Shown here: positions 36,959 through 47,527 of the stretch, piece after piece
Position numbering within the stretch: the first letter of the stretch is position 1
How the letters are laid out: each line of letters starts with the position of its first letter
NCBI GenBank assembly: GCA_040758355.1
Contig: JBFLWF010000002.1
Coordinates: 102,915 to 166,914 of the forward strand
From: Nitrospirota bacterium
GTDB taxonomy: Bacteria > Nitrospirota > Thermodesulfovibrionia > Thermodesulfovibrionales > Dissulfurispiraceae
Reading direction: 5' to 3'
DNA: 64,000 nt
Made by a program: the position numbers and the translations under genes
Notes under the pieces: model-generated
What the model saw: only the letters and a program-made list of their open reading frames with translations
What the model was told of the DNA's origin: nothing
Database searches by the model: none

Positions 36959-38263
36959 ATGGCAAGAGATAAGATTTCTGTCGGCATAATAGGCTTTGGA
37001 ACAGTAGGCACGGGCACAGCGAGGATACTGCTCGAAAACAGCAATCTTATTAAAAAAAGGACAGGAGTAGAGTTTATCCTTAAAAGGATTGCAGACCTCG
37101 ATATAAAAAGGGACAGGGGTATAAAGATTCCCGAAGGTGTACTTACTACAGATGCCAATGCCATCATCAATGATCCTGATATAGACATAGTTGTTGAGCT
37201 TATGGGAGGGATCCGTCCTGCAAAGGACTTCATGCTTCAGGCAATAAAAAACAAGAAACATGTTGTTACTGCAAACAAGGCATTGCTTGCAACAGAGGGA
37301 AATGAGATATTTGCCGAGGCTGAGAATAACGGAGTTGAAGTTGGATTCGAGGCATCTGTTGCAGGAGGGATACCAATAATAAAGGTCTTGAGAGAAGGGC
37401 TTGTTGCAAACAACATAGTTGCTGTTTATGGAATTATTAACGGCACATCCAATTACATACTCACAAAAATGACCGATGAGAAAGTGGAATTCTCGGATGC
37501 ATTAAAGGAGGCCCAGAGGCTCGGTTATGCAGAGGCTGACCCTACATTCGACATTGAAGGAATAGACAGTGCACACAAACTCACCATACTTTCATCTCTA
37601 TCTTATGGTATTCCACTTATGTACGATGAAGTATATAAAGAGGGAATTACAAAGATTACCGCACAGGATATAGAATTCGCATCGGAGCTTGGATATAAAA
37701 TAAAGCTCCTTGCTATAACAAAGTTATCAGATGGCAGGGTAGAGATGAGGGTTCACCCCACAATGATACCAAATGAGTACCTGATCTCAAAGGTTGACGG
37801 AGTGTTCAATGCCGTTTATGTGGAAGGCGATGCTGTAGGCGCAACAATGTATTATGGAAGGGGAGCAGGCGATATGCCGACAGGAAGCGCTGTAGTAGCT
37901 GATATAGTTGATATCGGGAAAAAAATAATCAGAAGTCAGAAGTCAGAAGTCAGAAGTCAGAAAGAGAGTTCTGAATTCAAAATTAAGAAGATGGAAGATG
38001 TGGAGAGCATGTATTATTTCAGGTTTTCTGCGCTGGACAAGCCGGGCGTTCTTTCGAAAATTTCGGGTATACTCGGCAATTACAATATAAGTATTGCATC
38101 CGTGATCCAGAAGGGCAGGAGGATAGGCGGCTCTGTCCCCCTTGTTGTGCTTACGCATGGTGCAAGGGAGAAGGATGTGTTGAATGCAATAAGGGAAATA
38201 GACAATCTGCCAGTTGTTTCTGATAAGACTTTGTTTATAAGAGTAGAGGGGAAAGAAGAATAA
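36959..38263 (+). CDS. hom: Homoserine dehydrogenase with ACT domain
   Basis: GFGTVG, FEASVAGGIP, GYAEADP. Confidence 0.95.
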   Translation: MARDKISVGIIGFGTVGTGTARILLENSNLIKKRTGVEFILKRIADLDIKRDRGIKIPEGVLTTDANAIINDPDIDIVVELMGGIRPAKDFMLQAIKNKKHVVTANKALLATEGNEIFAEAENNGVEVGFEASVAGGIPIIKVLREGLVANNIVAVYGIINGTSNYILTKMTDEKVEFSDALKEAQRLGYAEADPTFDIEGIDSAHKLTILSSLSYGIPLMYDEVYKEGITKITAQDIEFASELGYKIKLLAITKLSDGRVEMRVHPTMIPNEYLISKVDGVFNAVYVEGDAVGATMYYGRGAGDMPTGSAVVADIVDIGKKIIRSQKSEVRSQKESSEFKIKKMEDVESMYYFRFSALDKPGVLSKISGILGNYNISIASVIQKGRRIGGSVPLVVLTHGAREKDVLNAIREIDNLPVVSDKTLFIRVEGKEE

Positions 38264-38276
38264 TGGGAGGTAACAC

Positions 38277-38522
38277 ATGGAAGATGTCAGGATTGACAAA
38301 AAGATAAATATCAAGGGGCTTATATGCCCGTATACATTTGTTAAGTCAAAGATCGCCGTTGAAGATATGGAGGTAGGTGAGGTGCTCGAGATACTCCTTG
38401 ATTATGAGGAGGCATCGAGGAGCATACCAAAGTCCATGGAAGACCACGGGCATAAGGTATTAAAGGTTGAAAAGATAAATGATACAGACTGGATAATACA
38501 GGTCAGAAAGGAGAAGGAATAA
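38277..38522 (+). CDS. TusA/SirA-family sulfur carrier
   Basis: GLICPYTFVK, GEVLEILLD. Confidence 0.85.
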   Translation: MEDVRIDKKINIKGLICPYTFVKSKIAVEDMEVGEVLEILLDYEEASRSIPKSMEDHGHKVLKVEKINDTDWIIQVRKEKE

Positions 38523-39323
38523 ATGGAATTCACAGAAGACCAGTTGCATAGATACAGCAGACACATAATACTGCCCGAGGTCGGCGGTAAAGGGCAGAAG
38601 AAGATACTTAATGCAAAGGTATTTATTGTAGGTGCAGGAGGACTTGGATGCCCTGTCGGGTATTATCTCGCTGCTGCAGGTGTGGGGACTATTGGAATGA
38701 TAGACAATGATACCGTTGAATTGAGCAACCTCCAGAGGCAGATAGCACATAACACGAAGAAGATAGGTGTTCATAAGGTTGATTCTGCAAAGGAGACATT
38801 TGAGTCATTAAATCCTGATGTTAAGGTGATAGGCATAAAGGAGAGGATTTCAAAGGACAATATCAAGGATTTGATAAAGGACTACGACATTGTTGTTGAC
38901 GGAAGCGATAATTTCCCAACAAGGTATCTCGTGAACGATGCCTGCGTGATGCTCAAAAAGCCTCTTGTCAGCGGCGCAATATTAAGATTTGAAGGTCAGG
39001 TTACAACAATCCTTCCTGGAGAAGGCCACTGCTACAGATGCCTTTTTGAAGAGATGCCGCCTCCGGGCCTTGTTCCTTCTTGTCAGGAAGCTGGAGTCTT
39101 AGGTGCAATAACAGGCGTTGTAGGAGCCCTTCAGGCCACGGAGGTTTTGAAGCTGATACTCGGTAAGGGAGATATCTTAAAGAACACGCTTTTGATATAC
39201 GATGCTCTCAAAGTGAATTTCAGGCGTGTGAAAGTGCCGAAGAATTCTGACTGCCCTGTATGCAGCGAAAATCCGACTATCACTGAACTGCAGGATTACG
39301 ATGCAGGGTATTGCAGGATATAA
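38523..39323 (+). CDS. moeB: MoeB/ThiF family adenylyltransferase (E1-like)
   Basis: RYSRH, GAGGLG, SNLQRQ, CYRC...PSC, CPVC. Confidence 0.9.
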   Translation: MEFTEDQLHRYSRHIILPEVGGKGQKKILNAKVFIVGAGGLGCPVGYYLAAAGVGTIGMIDNDTVELSNLQRQIAHNTKKIGVHKVDSAKETFESLNPDVKVIGIKERISKDNIKDLIKDYDIVVDGSDNFPTRYLVNDACVMLKKPLVSGAILRFEGQVTTILPGEGHCYRCLFEEMPPPGLVPSCQEAGVLGAITGVVGALQATEVLKLILGKGDILKNTLLIYDALKVNFRRVKVPKNSDCPVCSENPTITELQDYDAGYCRI

Positions 39324-39717
39324 AATAATAATTCCCCAACAAATTTTCAACGATATGCTTGCCCACTGCAAAGCAGGCTATCCCAATGAGGCATGCGGTA
39401 TTCTTGCGGGCAGGAATGGTGAGGTCACAAAGATTTATAGGATGGCCAATATAGAAAACTCACCCGTAACCTATATGCTGGATTCGAGGGAGCAGTTTAA
39501 GGTAATGAAGGACATGCGGGATAATAATCTCTCGATGCTCGCAATTTTCCATTCGCATCCATCTTCAGCAGCATACCCGTCTGCAAAAGACGTAACCCTC
39601 GCATTTTATGAAGACGCTGTTTATATCATCATCAGCCTTATAAATAAAGAGCCGATCGTGAAGGGTTTTTCAATAAGAGAAGGAAACATAGAAGAGATCG
39701 AGATTGTTCTGAAATAG
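39301..39717 (+). CDS. JAB/Mov34 (M67, Mec-like) metallopeptidase
   Basis: PNEACG, HSHP...PS..D. Confidence 0.9.
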   Translation: MQGIAGYKIIIPQQIFNDMLAHCKAGYPNEACGILAGRNGEVTKIYRMANIENSPVTYMLDSREQFKVMKDMRDNNLSMLAIFHSHPSSAAYPSAKDVTLAFYEDAVYIIISLINKEPIVKGFSIREGNIEEIEIVLK

Positions 39718-39840
39718 CCTTCTCGAAAACTAAAATAGCCTATTTAATTTTAGTCCCCATTTAGAGTAAAATACCTTTTCAACTCAAAAGAGTTATCATG
39801 AAAATTTCATATAGAAATTTTGTACAAAGAGGAGGTGCTT

Positions 39841-41076
39841 ATGGGATATGTAAGCGGTCTTAAGTGCAGAGAGTGCGGCAGGGAATATCCTGTTGACCCT
39901 ATATATGTCTGCGAGTTCTGTTTCGGTCCTTTAGAGGTCGTTTATGACTATAAAAAAATAAAGAAGGTATTGACGAGGAAAAGCATCGAAAAGAGACCCA
40001 AAAGCCTCTGGCGCTACAAGGAGCTTTTGCCTATAGACGGAGAGCCTCAGGTAGGGCTGAAATCGGGATTCACACCCCTTGTAAAGGCCGATAACCTTGC
40101 GAAGGAGCTTGGGGTCAAGGAATTATATGTAAAGGATGATACAGTTGCCCATCCAACGCTTTCATTTAAAGACAGGGTCGTGGCAGTTGCCCTTACAAAG
40201 GCTAAGGAATTCGGGTTCGACACGGTTGCATGCGCATCAACAGGCAACCTTGCCCATTCTGTATCAGCCCACGGTGCAAAGGCAGGCTTTAAGAGATTTG
40301 TCTTTATTCCTGCTACATTAGAGCCGAGCAAGATTGTGGCATCCCTTGTGTATGAGCCAAATCTGGTTGCTGTTGACGGAAACTATGATGAGGTCAACAG
40401 GCTCTGCAGCGAGATTGCCAACAAATACAAATGGGCATTTGTAAACATAAATATCAGGCCGTTCTATGCAGAAGGCTCAAAGACCCAGGGGTTCGAGATC
40501 ATAGAACAACTCGACTGGAAGGCGCCTGATAATGTTGTAGTTCCCTGCGCCAGCGGTTCACTTCTGACAAAGGTCTGGAAGTCATTTAAGGAGTTCAAAG
40601 AGATTGGAATATTAAAAGAACTCAAGACAAAGGTCTTTGCAGCGCAGGCTACGGGATGCTCTCCAATATCAACCGCAATAAAGCAGGGAGTGGATGTTAT
40701 AAGGCCTGTTAAGCCGAATACAATTGCGAAATCTCTTGCAATAGGGAATCCTGCTGACGGTTTCTACGCAGCACAGGTTGTTAAGGAGACCGGTGGATAC
40801 GGTGAGGATGTCTCGGATGACGAGATTATAGAGGGCATAAAATTGCTCGCAAAAACCGAAGGCATTTTTGCAGAGACTGCCGGTGGCGTTACTGTTGCAA
40901 CGACTAAGAAGTTAATCGAACAGGGCAGGATCGGCAGGAATGAAACAACAGTGGTATGCATTACAGGAAACGGTCTCAAGACACAGGAGGCACTTGCAGG
41001 CCGCACTGCAGAGGTCCATCATATAAAGCCGAATCTGGATGCATTTGAGGAAATATTAAAAAAAATAAGTAAATGA
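39841..41076 (+). CDS. Threonine-synthase-like PLP enzyme with Zn ribbon (possible sulfur-carrier-dependent sulfhydrylase)
   Basis: CRECG..CEFC, PTLSFKDR, CASTGNLA; next to ThiS/MoaD. Confidence 0.8.
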   Translation: MGYVSGLKCRECGREYPVDPIYVCEFCFGPLEVVYDYKKIKKVLTRKSIEKRPKSLWRYKELLPIDGEPQVGLKSGFTPLVKADNLAKELGVKELYVKDDTVAHPTLSFKDRVVAVALTKAKEFGFDTVACASTGNLAHSVSAHGAKAGFKRFVFIPATLEPSKIVASLVYEPNLVAVDGNYDEVNRLCSEIANKYKWAFVNINIRPFYAEGSKTQGFEIIEQLDWKAPDNVVVPCASGSLLTKVWKSFKEFKEIGILKELKTKVFAAQATGCSPISTAIKQGVDVIRPVKPNTIAKSLAIGNPADGFYAAQVVKETGGYGEDVSDDEIIEGIKLLAKTEGIFAETAGGVTVATTKKLIEQGRIGRNETTVVCITGNGLKTQEALAGRTAEVHHIKPNLDAFEEILKKISK

Positions 41077-41162
41077 GAAAATGAGTTAATAAGTAAATGT
41101 GTTTTTAATAATTAATTGCTCAATAACTTAATTACTTATTAACTTAAACTGGAGGTGATAAA

Positions 41163-41438
41163 ATGGCAGTAAAGGTTAGGATTCCAACACCCCTTCAGAG
41201 ACTGACCCAGGGGAAGGAAGAGGTTGAGGGCAAGGCCGGGACAGTAATAGAGCTCATTAACGACCTCGAAACAAAATATCCCGGGATTGCAGAAAGGATA
41301 TCGGAAGGGGGCAAGGTCAGGAGATTCGTGAATGTTTATGTGAATGAGGAGGATATCAGGTTCTTACAGGCAGAACAGACGCCGGTTAAGGACGGGGATG
41401 AGGTTTCCATTGTCCCGGCAATAGCCGGGGGAAAATGA
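41163..41438 (+). CDS. ThiS/MoaD/CysO-like ubiquitin-fold sulfur carrier ending GG-K
   Basis: VNVYVNEEDIRF...PAIAGGK*. Confidence 0.9.
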   Translation: MAVKVRIPTPLQRLTQGKEEVEGKAGTVIELINDLETKYPGIAERISEGGKVRRFVNVYVNEEDIRFLQAEQTPVKDGDEVSIVPAIAGGK

Positions 41439-41450
41439 GAGGAGGGAGTT

Positions 41451-41687
41451 ATGAAAAGGCGGGTAAAATTGACATTTCCTCAACATCTGATTAAAGAGCC
41501 CATTATTTTTACAATGGCCAAGAAATATGATGTGATGCCAAATATCAGAAGGGCAAGGGTAACGGATACCGTAGGAGAAATGGTACTTGAGCTCGAAGGA
41601 ACAGAAGAAAACATCGAGAATGGAATAAAATCCATCAGGGATCAGGGAGTAGAGGTTGAACTTATAGAAGGAGACGTCATAGAGTAG
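41451..41687 (+). CDS. NIL-domain protein
   Basis: LTFP..IKEPII...PNIRRA..GEMVLELEG. Confidence 0.8.
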   Translation: MKRRVKLTFPQHLIKEPIIFTMAKKYDVMPNIRRARVTDTVGEMVLELEGTEENIENGIKSIRDQGVEVELIEGDVIE

Positions 41688-41756
41688 TGAATAGTAATAA
41701 AAATTTTTTCAAAAACTGTTCACTAAATACTATTCACTGATAAAAATGGAGAACTT

Positions 41757-42863
41757 ATGGAGATTGGAGAGTGTAATAGTTCAAGGATTTTGTGGAAAGG
41801 TATTATAGAAGAGTATAGAGAATTTTTTCCTGTTACAGACAGGACGCCGGTTGTAAGCCTTTTGGAAGGAAATACACCACTCATAAAGGCTGTCAATTTA
41901 CCAAGAAAGCTTAATATCGACCTTGATATCTACCTGAAGTTCGACGGCGCAAATCCAACAGGCTCTTTCAAGGACAGGGGCATGACCCTTGCCCTTTCAA
42001 AGGCTGTGGAGTCAGGCTCCAAAGCAGTAATCTGTGCGTCTACAGGCAATACATCGGCATCTGCAGCAGCATATGCATCGAGGGCAGGGATAAAGGCCAT
42101 TGTGGTCATTCCGGAGGGCAAGATTGCATTGGGAAAGCTTGCGCAGGCACTGGTTCACGGCGCCCATGTATTGCAGATAGAGGGCAATTTTGACGAGGCA
42201 TTGAGAATTGTGAAAGAGGTGGTCGAGAAATATCCTATCACCCTTGTCAATTCCATAAACCCTTTCAGGATAGAAGGGCAGAAATCAGCAGCCTTCGAGG
42301 TCTGTGACCAGCTCGGCTTCTCACCGAAATACCATGCCCTGCCTGTGGGAAATGCGGGAAACATTACAGCCTACTGGAAGGGATATAAGGAGTACTATAA
42401 TGAAGGCATAATCCAAAGATTGCCCAAAATGCTCGGTCTTCAGGCAGCAGGCGCAGCACCCATAGTACTTGGCCATCCTGTGGAAAAGCCGGAGACAATA
42501 GCCACTGCCATCAGGATTGGAAATCCTGCAAGTTGGAAAACAGCAGTTTCAGCAAGGGACGAATCCGGTGGGCGGATAGATGCGGTGACGGATGAGGAAA
42601 TATTGTCTGCATATAAGCTTATTGCATCTACAGAGGGAATATTCTGCGAGCCGGCATCAGCGGCATCAGTGGCGGGTGTTATAAAATTATATAAAGAAGG
42701 ATATTTTGAAAAAGCCAAAATAGACGCCGATAATGCCGTTGTATGCACATTGACAGGCCACGGCCTGAAAGATCCGGATACAGTATTTAAAGTTACCGAT
42801 GGGGCAATAAAGGTAAAGGCAGAATTCAGCGAGGTCAGAAAGATAATAGAGAGGATACTGTAA
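41757..42863 (+). CDS. thrC: Threonine synthase
   Basis: [31 protein letters not shown]. Confidence 0.92.
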   Translation: MEIGECNSSRILWKGIIEEYREFFPVTDRTPVVSLLEGNTPLIKAVNLPRKLNIDLDIYLKFDGANPTGSFKDRGMTLALSKAVESGSKAVICASTGNTSASAAAYASRAGIKAIVVIPEGKIALGKLAQALVHGAHVLQIEGNFDEALRIVKEVVEKYPITLVNSINPFRIEGQKSAAFEVCDQLGFSPKYHALPVGNAGNITAYWKGYKEYYNEGIIQRLPKMLGLQAAGAAPIVLGHPVEKPETIATAIRIGNPASWKTAVSARDESGGRIDAVTDEEILSAYKLIASTEGIFCEPASAASVAGVIKLYKEGYFEKAKIDADNAVVCTLTGHGLKDPDTVFKVTDGAIKVKAEFSEVRKIIERIL

Positions 42864-42897
42864 AAAGCATTCAGCAGTCAGCGATCAGGAGTATGAA

Positions 42898-44118
42898 ATG
42901 AAATATATAGTTTTAATCGGCGACGGGATGGCAGACAGGCCTATCGATGAGCTTGGAGGTTTGACCCCTCTGAAGAAGGCATCTACTCCCAATATGGATA
43001 AAATTGCCCAGAAGGGAACCATCGGAAAGGTGCGTACAATCCCTGAAGGCATGCATCCCGGTTCTGATGTTGCCAATCTCAGCATCCTCGGTTATGACCC
43101 TGCAAAGTACTACACAGGAAGGGCTCCACTCGAGGCTGCAAGCATTGGGGTCAAGCTTAATGAAAACGATGTCGCTTACAGATGCAATCTCGTGACGCTT
43201 AAATTCGATAAGAACAGGACCCATGCTGCAATGGATGACTATAGCAGCGGACATATAACGACAGAAGAGGCAAGGGAACTTATTAAGGATGTTAAGGCAG
43301 GATTGGAAAGCGAGGATATAACATTTTATCCCGGAGTCAGCTACAGGCATCTTATGGTCTGGAAAAACGGCAGCTTGAATATCGAATGCGCTCCTCCACA
43401 TGACATACTCGAAAGGGAGATTACAGATTACCTTCCTGTTGGAGAAAGGGATGTAGTTTTAAGGGAATTGATGAGGAAGTCCGTGGATATCCTTGCAGGA
43501 CATCCGGTAAACAAGGAGAGGCTTAAGAACGGCAAAAAGCCTGCAAACAGCATATGGCTGTGGGGACAGGGGAAAAAGCCGAAGATGCCTACTTATAAAG
43601 AGAAGTACGGGCTGAAAGGCGCTCTTATATCCGCTGTTGACCTCACAAAGGGCCTCGGAATATATGCAGGATTTGAGATATTGAAGGTTCCAGGGGTAAC
43701 GGGCTGGCTCGATACGAACTACAGCGGCAAGGCAGAGTATGCCTTGAATGCCCTGAAGCATGTGGATTTTATCTATATCCATGTGGAGTCTCCCGACGAG
43801 GCAGGACACTCAGGGAACTATAAAGACAAGATAAAGGCAATAGAGGACTTTGATAGCCTTGTGGTCGGCCCTGTGATGAAAGGTCTTAAAGAAAGGTTCA
43901 AGGAATACCGCGTCCTGCTTATGCCTGACCATGCTACGCCCATTAAGGTAAGGACGCATACCGATGAGCCGGTGCCTTTTGTGATATACGACAGCCGCAA
44001 TGAGAAGAAGAATAAAGGAGTTGCATACGATGAATCCATTACCGAGAGAAAGGACATAGTGGTTGTTAATGAAGGATACAGGCTCATGGATTACTTTATC
44101 AAGGAGGTTGCGGTTTAA
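42898..44118 (+). CDS. apgM: Cofactor-independent phosphoglycerate mutase family (ApgM-like; possible homoserine kinase)
   Basis: GDGMAD, GSDVAN, PDEAGH, PDHATP. Confidence 0.8.
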   Translation: MKYIVLIGDGMADRPIDELGGLTPLKKASTPNMDKIAQKGTIGKVRTIPEGMHPGSDVANLSILGYDPAKYYTGRAPLEAASIGVKLNENDVAYRCNLVTLKFDKNRTHAAMDDYSSGHITTEEARELIKDVKAGLESEDITFYPGVSYRHLMVWKNGSLNIECAPPHDILEREITDYLPVGERDVVLRELMRKSVDILAGHPVNKERLKNGKKPANSIWLWGQGKKPKMPTYKEKYGLKGALISAVDLTKGLGIYAGFEILKVPGVTGWLDTNYSGKAEYALNALKHVDFIYIHVESPDEAGHSGNYKDKIKAIEDFDSLVVGPVMKGLKERFKEYRVLLMPDHATPIKVRTHTDEPVPFVIYDSRNEKKNKGVAYDESITERKDIVVVNEGYRLMDYFIKEVAV

Positions 44119-45338
44119 TGCTTATCGTTCAGAAATACGGCGGCACATCCGTTGCGAATGTGGAGAGGATGAAGGCTGTTGCAGGGCGTGTTTCGAAGGC
44201 CGTGAAGCAGGGAAATAAAGTCGTTGTAGTGGTCTCTGCAATGGCAGGAGAGACCGACAAACTGATAAACCTTGCCCATCAGATATCGTCGAACCCCAGC
44301 GAAAGGGAGATGGACCTGCTTCTGTCATCAGGAGAGAGGGTTACCAGCGCCCTGACAGCAATGGCAATTGAAGAGTTAGGGCATAAGTCAGCAGCCCTTA
44401 CAGGAAGACAGATGGGCATATTTACGGATGCGGTTCACACAAAGGCAAAGATAGAAAGGATTACAGGCGAAAGGGCAAAGAAGGCCCTTGACGAAGGATA
44501 CGTTGTTGTGGTTGCAGGCTTTCAGGGCATAACAGAGACAGAGGATGTCACAACCCTCGGAAGGGGAGGCTCCGACCTCTCTGCAGTGGCCATAGCGCAT
44601 GCATTAAATGCCGATCTGTGCGAGATTTACACGGATGTCGACGGCGTGTATACAGCGGATCCGAGGATAGTCCCGGAGGCAAAGAAGCTGGATAAGATAT
44701 CCTATGAAGAGATGCTCGAGCTTGCAAGCCTCGGCTCGAAGGTTCTCCAGACAAGGTCTGTTGAATTCGCCATGAAATACGGCGTGCCTGTGGTTGTAAG
44801 GTCGAGCTTTAATGATAACCCTGGAACCCTTGTTACAAAGGAGGATGAGGATATGGAAAAGGTTGTAGTTTCTGGTATTGCCCATGATGTTAATCAGGCA
44901 AAGATTACTGTTATGGGGGTGCCTGACAAGCCGGGCATTGCTGCAAGGCTCTTTAAGGGAATAGCAGATGCGAATATAGTCGTTGATATGATTGTCCAGA
45001 ATATAAGCAGCGACGGTAAGGCTACGGATATATCGTTTACAGTGCCGAAGACAGACAGCAAAAAGGCATTAAAGCTTACAGAGGATATCGCAAAAGGATT
45101 AGAGGCAAGGGGCGTTGACCTGAGGGAGGATATTGCGAAGATATCCGTTGTTGGTGTCGGTATGAGGACGCATTCGGGAGTTGCAGCGCAGATGTTTGAC
45201 ACGCTTGCAAAGCACGGGATAAACATTATGGCTATCAGCACATCGGAGATAAAGGTATCGTGTTTGATAGACGCGAAATATACGGAGCTTGCGGTAAGGG
45301 TGCTGCATGACTCCTTTGAACTGGAGAAGGCAGCATGA
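44118..45338 (+). CDS. lysC: Aspartate kinase
   Basis: [16 protein letters not shown], two ACT domains. Confidence 0.95.
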   Translation: MLIVQKYGGTSVANVERMKAVAGRVSKAVKQGNKVVVVVSAMAGETDKLINLAHQISSNPSEREMDLLLSSGERVTSALTAMAIEELGHKSAALTGRQMGIFTDAVHTKAKIERITGERAKKALDEGYVVVVAGFQGITETEDVTTLGRGGSDLSAVAIAHALNADLCEIYTDVDGVYTADPRIVPEAKKLDKISYEEMLELASLGSKVLQTRSVEFAMKYGVPVVVRSSFNDNPGTLVTKEDEDMEKVVVSGIAHDVNQAKITVMGVPDKPGIAARLFKGIADANIVVDMIVQNISSDGKATDISFTVPKTDSKKALKLTEDIAKGLEARGVDLREDIAKISVVGVGMRTHSGVAAQMFDTLAKHGINIMAISTSEIKVSCLIDAKYTELAVRVLHDSFELEKAA

Positions 45339-45428
45339 GTACAGAAAACAGATGACAGACCTTCAGAAGACAGAGAAAAATGTCTTTTAGTCTGTTGTCT
45401 GTCTTCTGACTTCTGGTTTCTAAAGCAT

Positions 45429-46997
45429 ATGAGACAAATCGAGATATATGATACGACTTTAAGAGACGGTTCGCAGGCAGAGGATATCGCATTCTCTGTT
45501 GAGGACAAGCTGCGTATAACAGAAAAGCTCGATGAGCTTGGCGTTCATTATATCGAGGGAGGCTGGCCAGGCTCCAATCCAAAGGATGCCGAGTATTTCA
45601 AGAAGGTCAGGAAGCTGCCCCTTTCGAATGCTGTGGTTGTTGCCTTTGGAAGCACCCACAGGCCAAAACACAAGGTACAGGATGATGTCAATATAAAGAC
45701 CCTTATCGATTCAAAGGCTAAGGTTGTTACCATCTTTGGCAAGACATGGGACTTCCATGTAAAAGAGGCATTGAAGATATCCCTTGAGGCAAATCTGGAT
45801 ATTATTCATGACTCCATCTCTTATCTCAAAAAGCATGTGGAAAAGGTCTTCTTTGATGGAGAGCACTTTTTTGATGGGTACAAGGACAATCCTGAATTTG
45901 CAATTAAATGCCTGCTTGCTGCTCAGGATGCAGGTGCAGACTGCATAATACCATGCGATACAAACGGAGGAACGCTGCCTCACGACATAAAAAGGATAAT
46001 GCAGGATGTGGTTAAAAAAATTAAAAGGCCTCTGGGAATTCACGCGCACAATGATTCTGAATGCGCAGTGGCCAATTCGATTATTGCTGTTGAGCTTGGC
46101 GCAGTGCAGGTGCAGGGGACAATAAACGGACTTGGCGAGAGATGCGGCAATGCAAATCTTTGCTCAATTATCCCCAATCTCCAGATAAAGCTCGGATATA
46201 AATGCCTGAAGGATGAGAATTTGAGAAAATTAAGGGATGTGTCGAGGTTTGTGAATGAGATATCGAATCTCAGGCACTTTAAGAGACAGCCCTTTGTCGG
46301 TGACAGCGCATTTGCTCATAAGGGCGGCATACATGTGAGCGCAGTCCAGAAGAGGCCTGAGACATACGAGCATATCAGGCCTGAGCTTGTAGGCAATTCA
46401 CATAGGGTTCTGATATCGGATATGGCCGGAAAGAGCAATATCCTCAGGAAGGCAGAGGAATTCAAAATCCATATAGAGCCGGACTCTCCAGAGGTTCAGG
46501 GTATACTGGATGAATTGAAAAGTCTGGAGCATCAGGGCTTTCAGTTTGAGGGTGCGGAGGCATCATTTGAACTTCTTCTGAGAAAAGCGCTCGGACTTCA
46601 CAGGAGGTTTTTCGACCTCATCGGATTCAGGGTTATTGATGAAAAGAGAAAGGAAAATGAAGCACCTATCAGCGAGGCTACAATAATGGTGAAAGTGGGC
46701 AAGCATATAGAGCATACCGCTGCTACGGGCAACGGCCCTGTCAATGCCCTTGACAATGCATTGAGAAAGGCTTTGGAGAAATTTTATCCTGAACTCAAGA
46801 GCGTAAAACTCCATGATTATAAAGTCCGTGTCCTTGCGGCAGGGAAAGGCACATCTGCAAAGGTGCGTGTTTTGATTGAATCGGGGGATGATGAGCATAA
46901 ATGGGGCACTGTCGGCGTCTCCGAAAACATCATCGAAGCCTCCTGGCAGGCACTTGTAGACAGCATTGAGTATAAGCTTTTGAAAGAAAAAGAGTAG
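45429..46997 (+). CDS. cimA: Citramalate synthase
   Basis: [26 protein letters not shown]. Confidence 0.9.
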   Translation: MRQIEIYDTTLRDGSQAEDIAFSVEDKLRITEKLDELGVHYIEGGWPGSNPKDAEYFKKVRKLPLSNAVVVAFGSTHRPKHKVQDDVNIKTLIDSKAKVVTIFGKTWDFHVKEALKISLEANLDIIHDSISYLKKHVEKVFFDGEHFFDGYKDNPEFAIKCLLAAQDAGADCIIPCDTNGGTLPHDIKRIMQDVVKKIKRPLGIHAHNDSECAVANSIIAVELGAVQVQGTINGLGERCGNANLCSIIPNLQIKLGYKCLKDENLRKLRDVSRFVNEISNLRHFKRQPFVGDSAFAHKGGIHVSAVQKRPETYEHIRPELVGNSHRVLISDMAGKSNILRKAEEFKIHIEPDSPEVQGILDELKSLEHQGFQFEGAEASFELLLRKALGLHRRFFDLIGFRVIDEKRKENEAPISEATIMVKVGKHIEHTAATGNGPVNALDNALRKALEKFYPELKSVKLHDYKVRVLAAGKGTSAKVRVLIESGDDEHKWGTVGVSENIIEASWQALVDSIEYKLLKEKE

Positions 46998-47001
46998 GCC
47001 A

Positions 47002-47457
47002 ATGGAAGAAGTTGGGGTAGTGAAAGAGGTTATCGGGCCAAAGGCCATTGTGACTGTTCAAAGGCAGAGCGGGTGCGACTCATGCCCCGGCGGCTCTGTA
47101 TGCAAACTGGCAGGGAACGAGGCCGAAATAGAAGCAGTCAACGAGGCAAAGGCAAAGGCAGGAGATACCGTCAGGATTACATTTAAGCCATATACCTATC
47201 TGAAAGGCACTATCTTCGTTTACGGCATACCATCCATAATGCTCATAATCGGTGCAATTGTTGGAAAGGAATATCTGAGCAGGTTTTTACCAAACATGGA
47301 TCCGGACATTGTATCAGCCATCGGTGGATTCGGTCTTTTTGCAATGAGCTTTCTTTTAATGAAGGTCTGGATGAAGAGGTATGAAGGCAAAAAGGAATAC
47401 ATGCCAATTATAGAAGAAATCCTAAATCCCAGTCGCCAAATTCCAAACAATTTTTGA
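47002..47457 (+). CDS. RseC/MucC family protein
   Basis: CDSC...C; VYGIP followed by two TM helices. Confidence 0.8.
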   Translation: MEEVGVVKEVIGPKAIVTVQRQSGCDSCPGGSVCKLAGNEAEIEAVNEAKAKAGDTVRITFKPYTYLKGTIFVYGIPSIMLIIGAIVGKEYLSRFLPNMDPDIVSAIGGFGLFAMSFLLMKVWMKRYEGKKEYMPIIEEILNPSRQIPNNF

Positions 47458-47527
47458 ATATTTTGAATATTTGGATTTATTTGGGATTTGGGATTTGAAA
47501 TTTGGAATTTAAAAGAAGGGGGTTTTT

